IMG/VR virus record: IMGVR_UViG_3300027741_000080
Location: 1 to 55,398 of that record
Origin: a virus
Lineage: Duplodnaviria; Caudoviricetes
DNA length: 55,398 bases
Direction: 5' to 3' (one strand)
Positions 35,350 through 44,691 of the stretch are shown in pieces. The translations under genes were made by a program, and so were the position numbers. The notes below the pieces were generated by a model. That model ran no database searches and was not told the origin of the DNA. It saw only the letters and a list, made by a program, of their open reading frames with translations. How positions within the stretch are numbered: the first letter of the stretch is position 1; each line of letters opens with the position of its first letter.

Positions 35350-37329
35350 ATGAATATCATTACTACAGTTGACCAACTGAATGAAACGGTCGCACATTAC
35401 TTAAAGCAAGATGCTTTTGCCTACGACGTTGAAACCGTAGGAGACTTTCGTGGACTTACTCCTATTAACGAAGTGTTGTGGATTACTCTGGCAACACATG
35501 GTCGTTGTGATGTTATCCCTATGGGTCACCCTAATGGAGATTTCTTAGAAGAAATATTTCCACTTACAGGTCAAGGCGAGAAGCGTGTAGAGGCTGGGCT
35601 TACTGCTCGCCCTAGTGATTATTCTCGCGACAAGAAAAAAGCTTCTAAAAAGTTTGGCACACCGCCTGCACAGCTATACCCTGCTCAAGTTTTTGAGGCT
35701 TTACGCCCTTTAATGTTTAACTCAGACATTTTAACTATAGGTCACAACTTAATTTTTGATCTGACTTCTATTGCTAAGTACTACGGTGGTGAAGTTCCTA
35801 CTGGTCCTTATTTTGACACCATGATTGCATCATTTATTACTGACAATCGCAATAAGAATAAGTGTGGCCTTGACGCTTGTCTTAAGCGTGAGTTTGGCTA
35901 TGAGATGGTCAAAGGTGTAGGTAAAGAAGTAGAAAAATATTCTTTTGCCGAAGTGGCTAAGTATGCATATCTTGATGCTAAATACACGTTTCTATTGTGG
36001 AAAGCACTTGCCCCACGTATTTCAGACAATGGGTTAGAAAAAATTATGAGCCTTGAGATGGAAGTGCTAGGGGTATTGTGCGCTATGAAACTTGAGGGCG
36101 CACCTATTGACGTAGAGTCACTTCAGATGTTAGATGCTCAACTGCGTGAGGACATTGAAACAGCTCGCGCTAACATCTTTGCTATTGCTGGTAAGCCTTT
36201 TAATATTAACTCTAATCAAGAGAAGCAGTTTCTATTGTACGGCCCTAAATCCGAAGGGTGTCGTGGGCTTAAAGCTAAGACGTTGACTACAGCAGGACAA
36301 AAACGTGTAGATCAAGGTAACAACCCCGAGTACACAGACTATTCAGTATCTGCTGAAACTCTTGAGGCATACCGTTTAGAAGACCCATTGGTAGATGCCT
36401 TGCTTACATACTCTGATCTTAATAAATTAAGCACCACTTACGTAGTTCCATATTTAGGTGGAGAAGTAGTGCGAACTACAGGAGGTAAAGAAAAACGTGA
36501 ACATAAAGAATCACTTCTTATCAACGGTCGCATCCATTGTGACTTTGTACAACACGGCGCTGAGACTGGTCGTTTTAGCAGTCGTAACCCCAATCTTCAA
36601 AATGTCCCTGCACCTCATACAGTACACGGAAAGGCAATCAGAAACCTTTTCTTTGCCCCCGAAGGATACAAACTCGTAGTTGCTGATTACTCTCAGATTG
36701 AACCTCGTGTCATTGCTTCATTGTCAGAAGACCCAATTATGACTCAAAATTATCTTGATGGCTCCGACATTTATACAACTGTAGGTAATACTATGGGTGT
36801 AGACCGTAAGGCTGGCAAGACTCTTGTACTTGCTATGGCATATGGTGTAGGCGCAGATAAAATTGCTAGGTCTATTGGGTGTTCAGTACCTGAAGCCCGT
36901 GATTTATTATCTAGATTTGGTGCTGAGTTTTCAGCAGTTAGTTCATACAGAATTAAAGTTATTGGTGCTACTAAGATTAACACTCCCCCATTTGTAACTA
37001 CTATTTTGGGTCGTAAGCGTTACTTACCAGAAATTGTATCTCGTGATCCATATTCACGGTCTGCTGCAGAACGTCAAGCCTTTAACACACGCATTCAAGG
37101 TTCTGCTGCTGACATTATTAAGCTTGCTATGGTTCGGGCATACAAATTATTGCCAAAGGGTGCTAAACTTCTTCTCACAGTGCATGACGAATTGGTTACA
37201 TTAACTCCTATTGATAAAGTTGAGGAGACTGTAGAAGCAATTCGTACAGCAATGGAAGGTATTAATTTATTAAAAGTACCTTTGGTAGCAGACATTACAG
37301 TTGTAGATAGGTGGGGTGAAGCTAAGTGA
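35350..37329 (+). CDS. polA: Family A DNA polymerase with 3'-5' exonuclease
   Basis: DVET, GHNLIFD, YAYLDA; TGRFSSRNPNLQN, DYSQIEPR, K...L...YG, VHDE. Confidence 0.97.
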   Translation: MNIITTVDQLNETVAHYLKQDAFAYDVETVGDFRGLTPINEVLWITLATHGRCDVIPMGHPNGDFLEEIFPLTGQGEKRVEAGLTARPSDYSRDKKKASKKFGTPPAQLYPAQVFEALRPLMFNSDILTIGHNLIFDLTSIAKYYGGEVPTGPYFDTMIASFITDNRNKNKCGLDACLKREFGYEMVKGVGKEVEKYSFAEVAKYAYLDAKYTFLLWKALAPRISDNGLEKIMSLEMEVLGVLCAMKLEGAPIDVESLQMLDAQLREDIETARANIFAIAGKPFNINSNQEKQFLLYGPKSEGCRGLKAKTLTTAGQKRVDQGNNPEYTDYSVSAETLEAYRLEDPLVDALLTYSDLNKLSTTYVVPYLGGEVVRTTGGKEKREHKESLLINGRIHCDFVQHGAETGRFSSRNPNLQNVPAPHTVHGKAIRNLFFAPEGYKLVVADYSQIEPRVIASLSEDPIMTQNYLDGSDIYTTVGNTMGVDRKAGKTLVLAMAYGVGADKIARSIGCSVPEARDLLSRFGAEFSAVSSYRIKVIGATKINTPPFVTTILGRKRYLPEIVSRDPYSRSAAERQAFNTRIQGSAADIIKLAMVRAYKLLPKGAKLLLTVHDELVTLTPIDKVEETVEAIRTAMEGINLLKVPLVADITVVDRWGEAK

Positions 37330-37784
37330 GTTGGAAGTTTTGGAAAAAAAATGAGCCTGAGTACTACGTTGAGACACAGGACATACCTGCCACTACGTTG
37401 TACCGTTGGTTTTTATATGATCTTGGAATTGAAAATCCCAACAAATATGCTGACTCAGCAGGGTTTTCCCCTGTAAGTCCAGAAGGTGACGAGTTTGAAC
37501 GTCGTGAAAGCCTTGAGCGTTTACTACAGGTTATTCCTTATAAACCATTTATTGAAATGATGGCTGCTTTTAATGGTGAAATTTTATCTAAGACTCTTAC
37601 TAATATTCTTAGAGATAATGATTTAGTAGATGATGAATTTTCTTTAGAAAGTGACATGCATACAATGGCTGAGTTGTATACCAAGGTATCGGCTTCTGTA
37701 CTTGTCCCAGCGTTTGCTGCCGCTTTGGAACTTGGTATTCTTGTTAACCCAGGAATGTATACAGATGGAGATTTTTATGAGTAA
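37326..37784 (+). CDS. Hypothetical protein
   Basis: GTGA overlap with polA. Confidence 0.7.
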   Translation: MSWKFWKKNEPEYYVETQDIPATTLYRWFLYDLGIENPNKYADSAGFSPVSPEGDEFERRESLERLLQVIPYKPFIEMMAAFNGEILSKTLTNILRDNDLVDDEFSLESDMHTMAELYTKVSASVLVPAFAAALELGILVNPGMYTDGDFYE

Positions 37785-38160
37785 CAATTGGTGGGCAGAT
37801 AAATTAAGCACTCCAGCGCCTTCTGGAAGACCCTCACCTACGCCCCCTAGCACCCCTAACATGCCTGGACCATACAACCCTGTACCCCAACCTCAGATGC
37901 CCCCACAACAGGCTCAGAGGCCCCCTCAGAGCGCTTCAGCGTCACGTTGCCCAGGTTGTGGTAGCGGTAACTACGGTTCCAGTGCCTTAGCCCCTGAAGC
38001 TAAGGCTCGTTGCTATGATTGTGGCTATCCCATAATACAATCAGGTAGTGGACTAGGAACAGGTGTTCAAGGGGCTGCTGCTTCAGGACCAGCTATACCC
38101 GCACGTCAATCAACTACGGCTAACAATTTTAACCCACAAGGAATTATAGGACATATCTAA
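37777..38160 (+). CDS. Pro-rich zinc-ribbon protein
   Basis: CPGC...CYDC; GGAG RBS before ATG 37777. Confidence 0.7.
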   Translation: MSNNWWADKLSTPAPSGRPSPTPPSTPNMPGPYNPVPQPQMPPQQAQRPPQSASASRCPGCGSGNYGSSALAPEAKARCYDCGYPIIQSGSGLGTGVQGAAASGPAIPARQSTTANNFNPQGIIGHI

Positions 38161-39215
38161 TGGATGCAGACCTCGCTAAAGCAATTGCAAAACTTAATAA
38201 AAAATTTGGCTCAGAGATGATTGTTCTTGGAGCAGACATTAAAGACAACGTATTAGGTCGTATGACTACAGGCTCACTTGCAGTAGACATGATTCTCGGT
38301 GGAGGCTTCCCTGTCAACCAATGGCATGAAATTGTAGGCGAAGCTTCTAATGGCAAGACAGCACTTGCGCTTAAGACTGTTGCTGCTAATCAAGAACGAG
38401 ACCCAGAGTTCACCACCGTATGGGTAGCCGCAGAAACTTGGGTACCGCAGTACGCAGAGATGTGTGGTGTAGACCTTAACCGAGTATATGTAGTAGCTAC
38501 TAACGTTATGGAAGAAGCCTATGAAGCAGTAATTGAACTTGTAGAGTCTAAGGCTATTGACTGCGTTGTTATTGATTCTCTACCAGCCTTAGTTCCTATG
38601 GCTGAAGATGATAAAAACATGGATGAAGCAACTGTTGGTCGTGGAGCATTACTAACAGGTAAGTTTTTCCGCAAGGTAGGTAAAGCCTCACGTCGTTCCT
38701 TAGTAGAATACGAGCGACCTTTCATTGGTTTAATTATTAATCAGTACCGCATGAAGATTGGCGTTATGTATGGTGACCCTCGTACTACGCCAGGTGGAGA
38801 GGCTAAGAACTACGCATTCTTTACTCGTCTTGAGGTCAAACGCGATGAATGGATTGAATCTGGCGTAGGCCAAGAAAAGCATAAGGTAGGTCAAACTATC
38901 AAGGTACGTACTATGAAAAACAAATCAGCCCCACCTGCACAAGTAGCCTACGTAGATTTTTACTTTGCTGATGGTGAATGTTTTGCTGGAGAGTTTGACT
39001 TTGCTAAAGAAATTGTAGCCCTAGGTATTATTTACAAAATTATTACCCGTGCTGGTGCATACTATTCGTATGGTGACCGAAAGTGGCAAGGTGGAGATGC
39101 TGTGGTAAAATCTATTAGGGAAGAGGTTGACCTCAGAGAGGCGCTTGATAAGGATGTACGACGTGTCGTACGCCCAGAAGAAGGCGCTACTTATGAGGTG
39201 GCTGATGCGGTCTGA
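38160..39215 (+). CDS. recA: RecA/UvsX recombinase
   Basis: TGSLAVD..LGGG, GEASNGKT, VIDSLPALVP, INQYRMKIGVMYGDP.TTPGG. Confidence 0.96.
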   Translation: MDADLAKAIAKLNKKFGSEMIVLGADIKDNVLGRMTTGSLAVDMILGGGFPVNQWHEIVGEASNGKTALALKTVAANQERDPEFTTVWVAAETWVPQYAEMCGVDLNRVYVVATNVMEEAYEAVIELVESKAIDCVVIDSLPALVPMAEDDKNMDEATVGRGALLTGKFFRKVGKASRRSLVEYERPFIGLIINQYRMKIGVMYGDPRTTPGGEAKNYAFFTRLEVKRDEWIESGVGQEKHKVGQTIKVRTMKNKSAPPAQVAYVDFYFADGECFAGEFDFAKEIVALGIIYKIITRAGAYYSYGDRKWQGGDAVVKSIREEVDLREALDKDVRRVVRPEEGATYEVADAV

Positions 39216-39537
39216 AGGCCAAATTCAGTCTAAGAAGCATGAGAACAGACTAGCCAAAGTTGTCAATGGTTCTACCGTTGCTGCTAGCGGAGCCTTTTGG
39301 AGCCGTAAAGGTGATGTTCGTTCTCAAGACCTACTTATTGAACATAAGTGGACAGGCAAACAACAGGTTACTGTCAAAGCAGTAGTTCTAGAAAAGATTG
39401 TTAAAGAAGCAATTCTTGATGGTCGGATGCCTGTCCTTGGATTTCATGTTAATGGCGAAAATTACGTCATGCTAGATGAAAACGATTTCCTGGAGCTACG
39501 CCAAAAGCTCCAGGAGTGTAAGTGCGAGACCCATTAG
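39205..39537 (+). CDS. PD-(D/E)xK Holliday-junction resolvase-like nuclease
   Basis: HE.RLA...ASGA....KGDV....LIEHK. Confidence 0.75.
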   Translation: MRSEGQIQSKKHENRLAKVVNGSTVAASGAFWSRKGDVRSQDLLIEHKWTGKQQVTVKAVVLEKIVKEAILDGRMPVLGFHVNGENYVMLDENDFLELRQKLQECKCETH

Positions 39538-39830
39538 ATGTAGAGAACTGGCGAGCGGATGCCAAGTGCAAGGGAATGAACACAGAATTGTGGTTTCCTC
39601 CACGCGAGAAAGAACTTTACAAAACTATTGCGGACAAATCAAAAGGCGTGTGTTTCGGTAGAGATGGCAAACCTGAATGTCCTGTTCGTAAAGAGTGTTT
39701 AATGTACTCTGAAAATATGAACGAACAGTATGGTATTTGGGGTGGGTTAAGCCACAGAGAACGTAATGCGTTACGGCGTAAAGCTGAACGTCATGGCAAA
39801 ACTTTAGAAGAATGGGTTAAAAAAAACTAA
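39522..39830 (+). CDS. whiB: WhiB family transcription factor
   Basis: W...AKC...LWFP...VC...CPVRKECL...GIWGGL...ER. Confidence 0.95.
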   Translation: MRDPLDVENWRADAKCKGMNTELWFPPREKELYKTIADKSKGVCFGRDGKPECPVRKECLMYSENMNEQYGIWGGLSHRERNALRRKAERHGKTLEEWVKKN

Positions 39831-40063
39831 TGACATACGAGCCGTTTAAATGTCCTGACTGTAGTGTGTGGTGGCGTGGAGAGACACACAAGTGTGCTAG
39901 TGTACCTACTAAAGAAAGGTTAATTCCTACAAAGGGTTGGCTTATGTGTCCAAAATGTAGTAAAAATGTTACTAAATATGACTGGCATTCATGCAGTCAT
40001 TATCCTGATTGGCGTAAAGAAAAGGGAAACCGAAAACATAATGACCCACCAGCCTATTCCTAG
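39830..40063 (+). CDS. Small double zinc-ribbon protein
   Basis: CPDC...H.C and CPKC...H.C. Confidence 0.65.
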   Translation: MTYEPFKCPDCSVWWRGETHKCASVPTKERLIPTKGWLMCPKCSKNVTKYDWHSCSHYPDWRKEKGNRKHNDPPAYS

Positions 40064-40910
40064 CGGAACACTTAAAAAATTAGTAGACATTGGTAAAAAA
40101 GAAACACGAGTACTGGGTTCTGTTGAACGCTGGTTATTAGCACAGCCTCGTGATGCTAGTCGTGCTACTGATGTTATTCATCCGTCAGCTATGGTTAAAT
40201 TTGATTGGTGTCATCGTGCTGAGTATTTTCATTTACAAGGTGCTATCCCAGCACCACCTAAATATCGCGCTTCTATGAAGCAGTATTTAACTTTTGATGA
40301 AGGTCACCGTATTCATGACCGTTGGCAAACATGGTTTTGGAATATGGGGCATTTATATGGTAAATGGTCATGTTTTAATTGCCAACACACATTTTATGCA
40401 GTAAGCCCTACTGAATGCGAATCTTGTAATGCCTCTGTTAAAAAATTAAAGTACAGAGAAGTATCTGTTTACAGTAGCCAATACGGAATGTCAGGTCACG
40501 CAGATGGTTGGCTTAAAGGGTTTGGTAACGATTTACTTCTTGAGATTAAATCTGTTGGAGAAGGTACTGTTGCTTGGGAAGACCGCGTTATGTGGCAAGA
40601 GCATGGGGAAAACTTTAAATCAGTTTGGAAAGCCCTTAAATCACCATTTCATACACATCTTTTACAGGCTCAGGTATACATGAAGTTGCTTGAACTTATG
40701 GACTCAAATAATTTTCCTACTGAAGCCGTATTTATTTACGAATCTAAGGTAGATCAGCAAATTAAAGAATTTGTAGTTCCAAAAAGTGATTTTGGTATCG
40801 CACCTTTATTTGAAGCTGCTGCTATGATTATGGAGTCAATTAAGAACCAGACACCACCAACATGTAACATAAGTCCATCAGGTACTTGCCAAAAATGCGA
40901 AGGATTTTAA
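40041..40910 (+). CDS. Cas4-like PD-(D/E)xK exonuclease
   Basis: HPS....CHR, G..IH, GHADG, LEIKS, QAQVYM, C-terminal C..C..C. Confidence 0.85.
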   Translation: MTHQPIPSGTLKKLVDIGKKETRVLGSVERWLLAQPRDASRATDVIHPSAMVKFDWCHRAEYFHLQGAIPAPPKYRASMKQYLTFDEGHRIHDRWQTWFWNMGHLYGKWSCFNCQHTFYAVSPTECESCNASVKKLKYREVSVYSSQYGMSGHADGWLKGFGNDLLLEIKSVGEGTVAWEDRVMWQEHGENFKSVWKALKSPFHTHLLQAQVYMKLLELMDSNNFPTEAVFIYESKVDQQIKEFVVPKSDFGIAPLFEAAAMIMESIKNQTPPTCNISPSGTCQKCEGF

Positions 40911-41399
40911 ATGTCAATTAAATTACGTGCTGAGGAAAGCCAGCGTACTATTGATACTTTAGTTGCTCAAGGATTTACTATGGAATCCGAGTTTAAAGGT
41001 ATTAATCCAATAATGCCACACGATATTACAGACTTAGATGACTTAGGTGTCATGCGATTGTTTCAAGAGTACAATGCGTTTTTATCATTTGTAGCCGCTC
41101 AACAAGCTTGCGCTCAAATTGATGAAAGTAACGCTAAAAAACGATTAGATTACGCAGAGGCAGCAGCAATGGAAGAGCATGCACAGCCTAAAATGACAGT
41201 GTCTGCAATTAAAGCTAAAATTATGGCTGACCCTAACATTTCTAAACTTATGCAAGCCCATACACAAGCACATGATTATCGTAAAGGTATTGAAATGATG
41301 CATACTAACGTAGAGCGTGATTGTGCGTTTCTTAGCCGTGAGATAACTCGTCGTACATCTTCAGGTTTTACTAACAGAGCCAGTAAGTTTACAACATGA
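40911..41399 (+). CDS. Hypothetical coiled-coil protein (possible UvsY-like mediator)
   Basis: Helical, ends LSREITRR; recombination context. Confidence 0.5.
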   Translation: MSIKLRAEESQRTIDTLVAQGFTMESEFKGINPIMPHDITDLDDLGVMRLFQEYNAFLSFVAAQQACAQIDESNAKKRLDYAEAAAMEEHAQPKMTVSAIKAKIMADPNISKLMQAHTQAHDYRKGIEMMHTNVERDCAFLSREITRRTSSGFTNRASKFTT

Positions 41400-41488
41400 C
41401 AATAAATCATCAATGTGCTTATTGTGATAGTCATTTTGTTGAAGTTATTGACCTTATTGCACATATTAAAGAAGTTCATAAAAAATAA
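41396..41488 (+). CDS. 30-aa classical C2H2 zinc-finger microprotein
   Basis: MTINHQCAYCDSHFVEVIDLIAHIKEVHKK; ATGA and TAATG overlaps; not in ORF track. Confidence 0.75.
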   Translation: MTINHQCAYCDSHFVEVIDLIAHIKEVHKK

Positions 41489-42033
41489 TGCCTAATCCAA
41501 AAATTTGGGGAAACTCCAATTTAAAAAGTGCAGTAGCCGTTGGTATTGACCAGTCTTATTCTGGTTTTGCATTAACTGCTATTGACAATGAAGATAATTA
41601 CTACACAGAAGTATGGAAGCTAGATGGTACAGGGGTGGAAAGGCTGGCTCAAGCTCAGTTTATTGTTCACAGTTTTACTAATCATTTTAAAGTAACTGCT
41701 ACGGCTATAGAAGGCTATGCGTTTGGTAGTCAAATGGCTAACATGTTAGGTGAATTGGGAGGCGCTGTTAAGCTAGCCCTCAGAGAGATTTACAGCCCTC
41801 AATTTCCAGAAGCTCGGTATCCATTAATCGTCCCACCCACTAGTTTAAAGAAATACATTACTGGCAAAGGCCGAGTAGATAAAAACCAAATTCTTCTTCA
41901 AGTATACAAAAAATGGAATGTGGAATTTAACAACGATAACGCTGCTGATTCTTACGGATTAGCCCGTATTGCTCGTAATAAGCATGATTTTGAATACGAA
42001 AAAGAAGTTTATGACAAGGTAACTTCACCCTGA
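41488..42033 (+). CDS. ruvC: RuvC-like Holliday junction resolvase
   Basis: VGIDQS, AIEGY, P..LKKY.TG.G, NDNAADSY. Confidence 0.88.
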   Translation: MPNPKIWGNSNLKSAVAVGIDQSYSGFALTAIDNEDNYYTEVWKLDGTGVERLAQAQFIVHSFTNHFKVTATAIEGYAFGSQMANMLGELGGAVKLALREIYSPQFPEARYPLIVPPTSLKKYITGKGRVDKNQILLQVYKKWNVEFNNDNAADSYGLARIARNKHDFEYEKEVYDKVTSP

Positions 42034-42093
42034 TTTTGTATATATTATGCCTCATAATAGATAAAATAACCGTTCTACTATACGAGGTATAAA

Positions 42094-42372
42094 ATGTCAG
42101 AAACACCAGAAGAGCAAGTTCTTAAGGTTAGCGCTGGGTCTAACCCACAATCTGTGGCTGCAGCCATTGCCCACAGTATTTATGAAAATCACACTTGTAA
42201 ACTTCGTGCCGTAGGCGCTGGAGCCGTAAATCAAGCTGTTAAGGCAATTGCTATTGCCCGTGGATATACAGCACCAAGAGGTTTAGACCTAAAGTGCATC
42301 CCAGGTTTTGCCAGTATTGAGTCCCATGATGGCACTATTTCAGCCATTGTTTTTGTAATTACTTCAGACTGA
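42094..42372 (+). CDS. spoVS: SpoVS family protein
   Basis: LKVSAGSNPQSVAAAIA...RAVGAGAVNQAVKAIAIARGY.AP.G.DL..IPGF. Confidence 0.92.
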   Translation: MSETPEEQVLKVSAGSNPQSVAAAIAHSIYENHTCKLRAVGAGAVNQAVKAIAIARGYTAPRGLDLKCIPGFASIESHDGTISAIVFVITSD

Positions 42373-42435
42373 CAATACAAGGTTTCGTATCTAAACTTGA
42401 ATAAGGAATTCCTATTCAACTCTAAAGAGGTTTTA

Positions 42436-42753
42436 ATGGCTAAAACTTTAGCTCCTATGCCTGGTTCAGCACCAAGCAGCGCTACCCCTGTAAATGCTTC
42501 CGCGGCTCCTTCAAAAAATACCAAAGGTATGCCTCGTAAAAACACCGCTTCAGGTGACCCGTACGCACAGCCAATTGGCATTCGCAGATATGCTCCAAGA
42601 GAACGTGGTGGAGCAACTTATGGTGTACAGGTTGGCTTTGAAGCACACGTTGCTCCAGAAGCTGGTCCTACATTAGCTAATGGCAGATTGTTCAGTGCAG
42701 CAACAAATCGCAGCGCTCCTAATTTCCTTGCAGGAATGTCTGACCACGCTTAA
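42436..42753 (+). CDS. Hypothetical low-complexity protein
   Basis: GAGG RBS before ATG 42436. Confidence 0.65.
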   Translation: MAKTLAPMPGSAPSSATPVNASAAPSKNTKGMPRKNTASGDPYAQPIGIRRYAPRERGGATYGVQVGFEAHVAPEAGPTLANGRLFSAATNRSAPNFLAGMSDHA

Positions 42754-42783
42754 ATACACTTCCATGCACTATGGCGGACTTTA

Positions 42784-42818
42784 GACAAGCCCCGACTAAA
42801 TTTAGTCGGGGTTTTGTC
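42784..42818. terminator. Perfect 22-bp palindrome / terminator
   Basis: CCCCGACTAAA-TTTAGTCGGGG (42790-42811) followed by TTTT. Confidence 0.7.
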
Positions 42819-42876
42819 GTTTCTAAAACTTGTGGTATGTTATGCTAAAGAATCAAACATACGACAAGGAGACGTT

Positions 42877-43116
42877 ATGCTTATTGATATTATTAATAAA
42901 CACCTAAACGCTGCAGACTCTAAATGTTCATTTGGAGCGTGGTTAGCGCAGCAAGGAAAAGCAGAACAAGACGGGTTTGAACTTCTTATGAAAAAGAAAC
43001 CCGTAAATGTTGCTAGTATTTATCGTTCTTTAACTATTGAAGTAGAAGACTTACCTTTTAAATCCACTACATTTAAGTCGCATATGCGAGGAGACTGCAA
43101 ATGTCAAACAAATTAA
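42877..43116 (+). CDS. Hypothetical protein (C...H..G.C.C metal-binding pattern)
   Basis: AAGGAG RBS before ATG 42877. Confidence 0.65.
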   Translation: MLIDIINKHLNAADSKCSFGAWLAQQGKAEQDGFELLMKKKPVNVASIYRSLTIEVEDLPFKSTTFKSHMRGDCKCQTN

Positions 43117-44129
43117 CTTTTTTAGAAATTATACAAGCTGCCTTACTTGAACCAGAAATTGGAGAATCAACAAATTTAACGCAAGCCACTCTTGCTACAT
43201 TACCTAAAACAACTAAAGCAAAAGTAAAAAAGAAACCAACTGGTTGGAAATTAGCCGTTGTTCTTCCAGACGCACAAATTGGATTTCGCCGTTATGAAGA
43301 CGGAACTTTAGACCCATTTCACGATGTCCATGCTATTGATATTGCTATGCAAGTGCTTGCTATGGCTGAAGAAGAGCATGGCGTAGATATGGTTATTAAC
43401 TTGGGAGATACTATTGACCTTCCAATGTTTGGTAAGTATGCCCAAGAAAATTCTTTTTACAACACTATTAACGAAACATTGACAGCAGGACACTCTTTCC
43501 TAGCATCTCAACGTGCATTAGCCCCTCATTCTCGTGTTATTTTTATTGAGGGTAATCACGATTGCCGTATTAATAAATACATGAACTTTCAAGCTATGGC
43601 GGCTTCCCGTATGAAGCAAGTAGGTTCAGAGGATGCAGTAAATAGCCTTCAACACTTACTTCGTTTTGAAGATTTACGGGTAGAAATGATTGATGGATAC
43701 CCAGCAGACAAGTTTTATATTAATGACCGTTTAATTGCTCGTCACGGTACAAAAGCTAATTCTAATGGGGCTACTGCTACGCGTTATTTAAATGCTAATC
43801 ATTTGGAAAGCGTTATTTACGGTCACAGCCATCGCCAAGAACTTATGTACAAAACTCATGACACCCGCAAGGGAATGGTTCAAAATGTGGCATACAGCCC
43901 AGGAAGCTTATGTCGTGTAGACGGTGCAGTTCCATCTGTGGCTGGCGGTATCAAAGCAGATGAACGTCCTGTAGAACAGTATGAAAATTGGCAACAGGGT
44001 GTAGGTTTATTGTGGTACAAAGAAGCAGGCGACTTTAGTGGAGCCAACGATTTTACTATTGAAAACATTCACATCATGGATGGTTGGGCTGTTTATGCTG
44101 GTAATGAGTTTAGGTCAACAATTAAGTAA
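43101..44129 (+). CDS. Calcineurin-like metallophosphoesterase
   Basis: PDAQ, LGDTID, GNHD, HG, GHSHR motifs. Confidence 0.9.
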   Translation: MSNKLTFLEIIQAALLEPEIGESTNLTQATLATLPKTTKAKVKKKPTGWKLAVVLPDAQIGFRRYEDGTLDPFHDVHAIDIAMQVLAMAEEEHGVDMVINLGDTIDLPMFGKYAQENSFYNTINETLTAGHSFLASQRALAPHSRVIFIEGNHDCRINKYMNFQAMAASRMKQVGSEDAVNSLQHLLRFEDLRVEMIDGYPADKFYINDRLIARHGTKANSNGATATRYLNANHLESVIYGHSHRQELMYKTHDTRKGMVQNVAYSPGSLCRVDGAVPSVAGGIKADERPVEQYENWQQGVGLLWYKEAGDFSGANDFTIENIHIMDGWAVYAGNEFRSTIK

Positions 44130-44149
44130 TACGCCTGTAAAATTGGGAT

Positions 44150-44689
44150 ATGCCTCAAGCCCATCAAAATATCCAAAACTTAGGCGCCAACGGTTTATAC
44201 GGCACTAATACCACCTATGGTGGTGGCGGTGTGCCAGTTGCTCGTGGTGACCTAGATTTTCTGCGTCTTGGAGTGGGCCGTGTACCATCTGCAGAGTACC
44301 CCGATGGCTATTTAGGGACTATTCGTTCCCGTCGTGATGACCGAGGCCGACCTTCTAGTACTTCAGACACAGTTCTGAACCAAATGAAGGTTCGCCTTGG
44401 TCAACGCGGTTATCAGCGTGGCGTTCATCGTGGTGAACGTATTGACCCAAGTGATTATTATTATCCAACTGAGTTGTCCCCTGAGCGTGGTATTAAACGC
44501 CAGATGAAAGCCAAGTTTGACGGTAATACTTGGATGACAACACGTTATGTAGAAAATCAAACACTAGTTCCAGCACCACATTTACCAAATGACGGTAAAG
44601 CTGGTCCTAATGTACGTAGTGATTCTCCATACAATGTAAACGAAAAGCGTGTTTCTCAGCTGTCAAATATGCGTCCAAGCTGGAGATAA
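44150..44689 (+). CDS. Hypothetical Gly/Arg/Pro-rich protein
   Basis: TAAAAT 6 nt upstream (leaderless); first gene of a coupled run. Confidence 0.7.
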   Translation: MPQAHQNIQNLGANGLYGTNTTYGGGGVPVARGDLDFLRLGVGRVPSAEYPDGYLGTIRSRRDDRGRPSSTSDTVLNQMKVRLGQRGYQRGVHRGERIDPSDYYYPTELSPERGIKRQMKAKFDGNTWMTTRYVENQTLVPAPHLPNDGKAGPNVRSDSPYNVNEKRVSQLSNMRPSWR

Positions 44690-44691
44690 TC

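Noticed and set aside
40041-40910. CRISPR-Cas adaptation gene
   Set aside because: Solo Cas4-like exonuclease in a recombination operon; no cas1/cas2 or array seen
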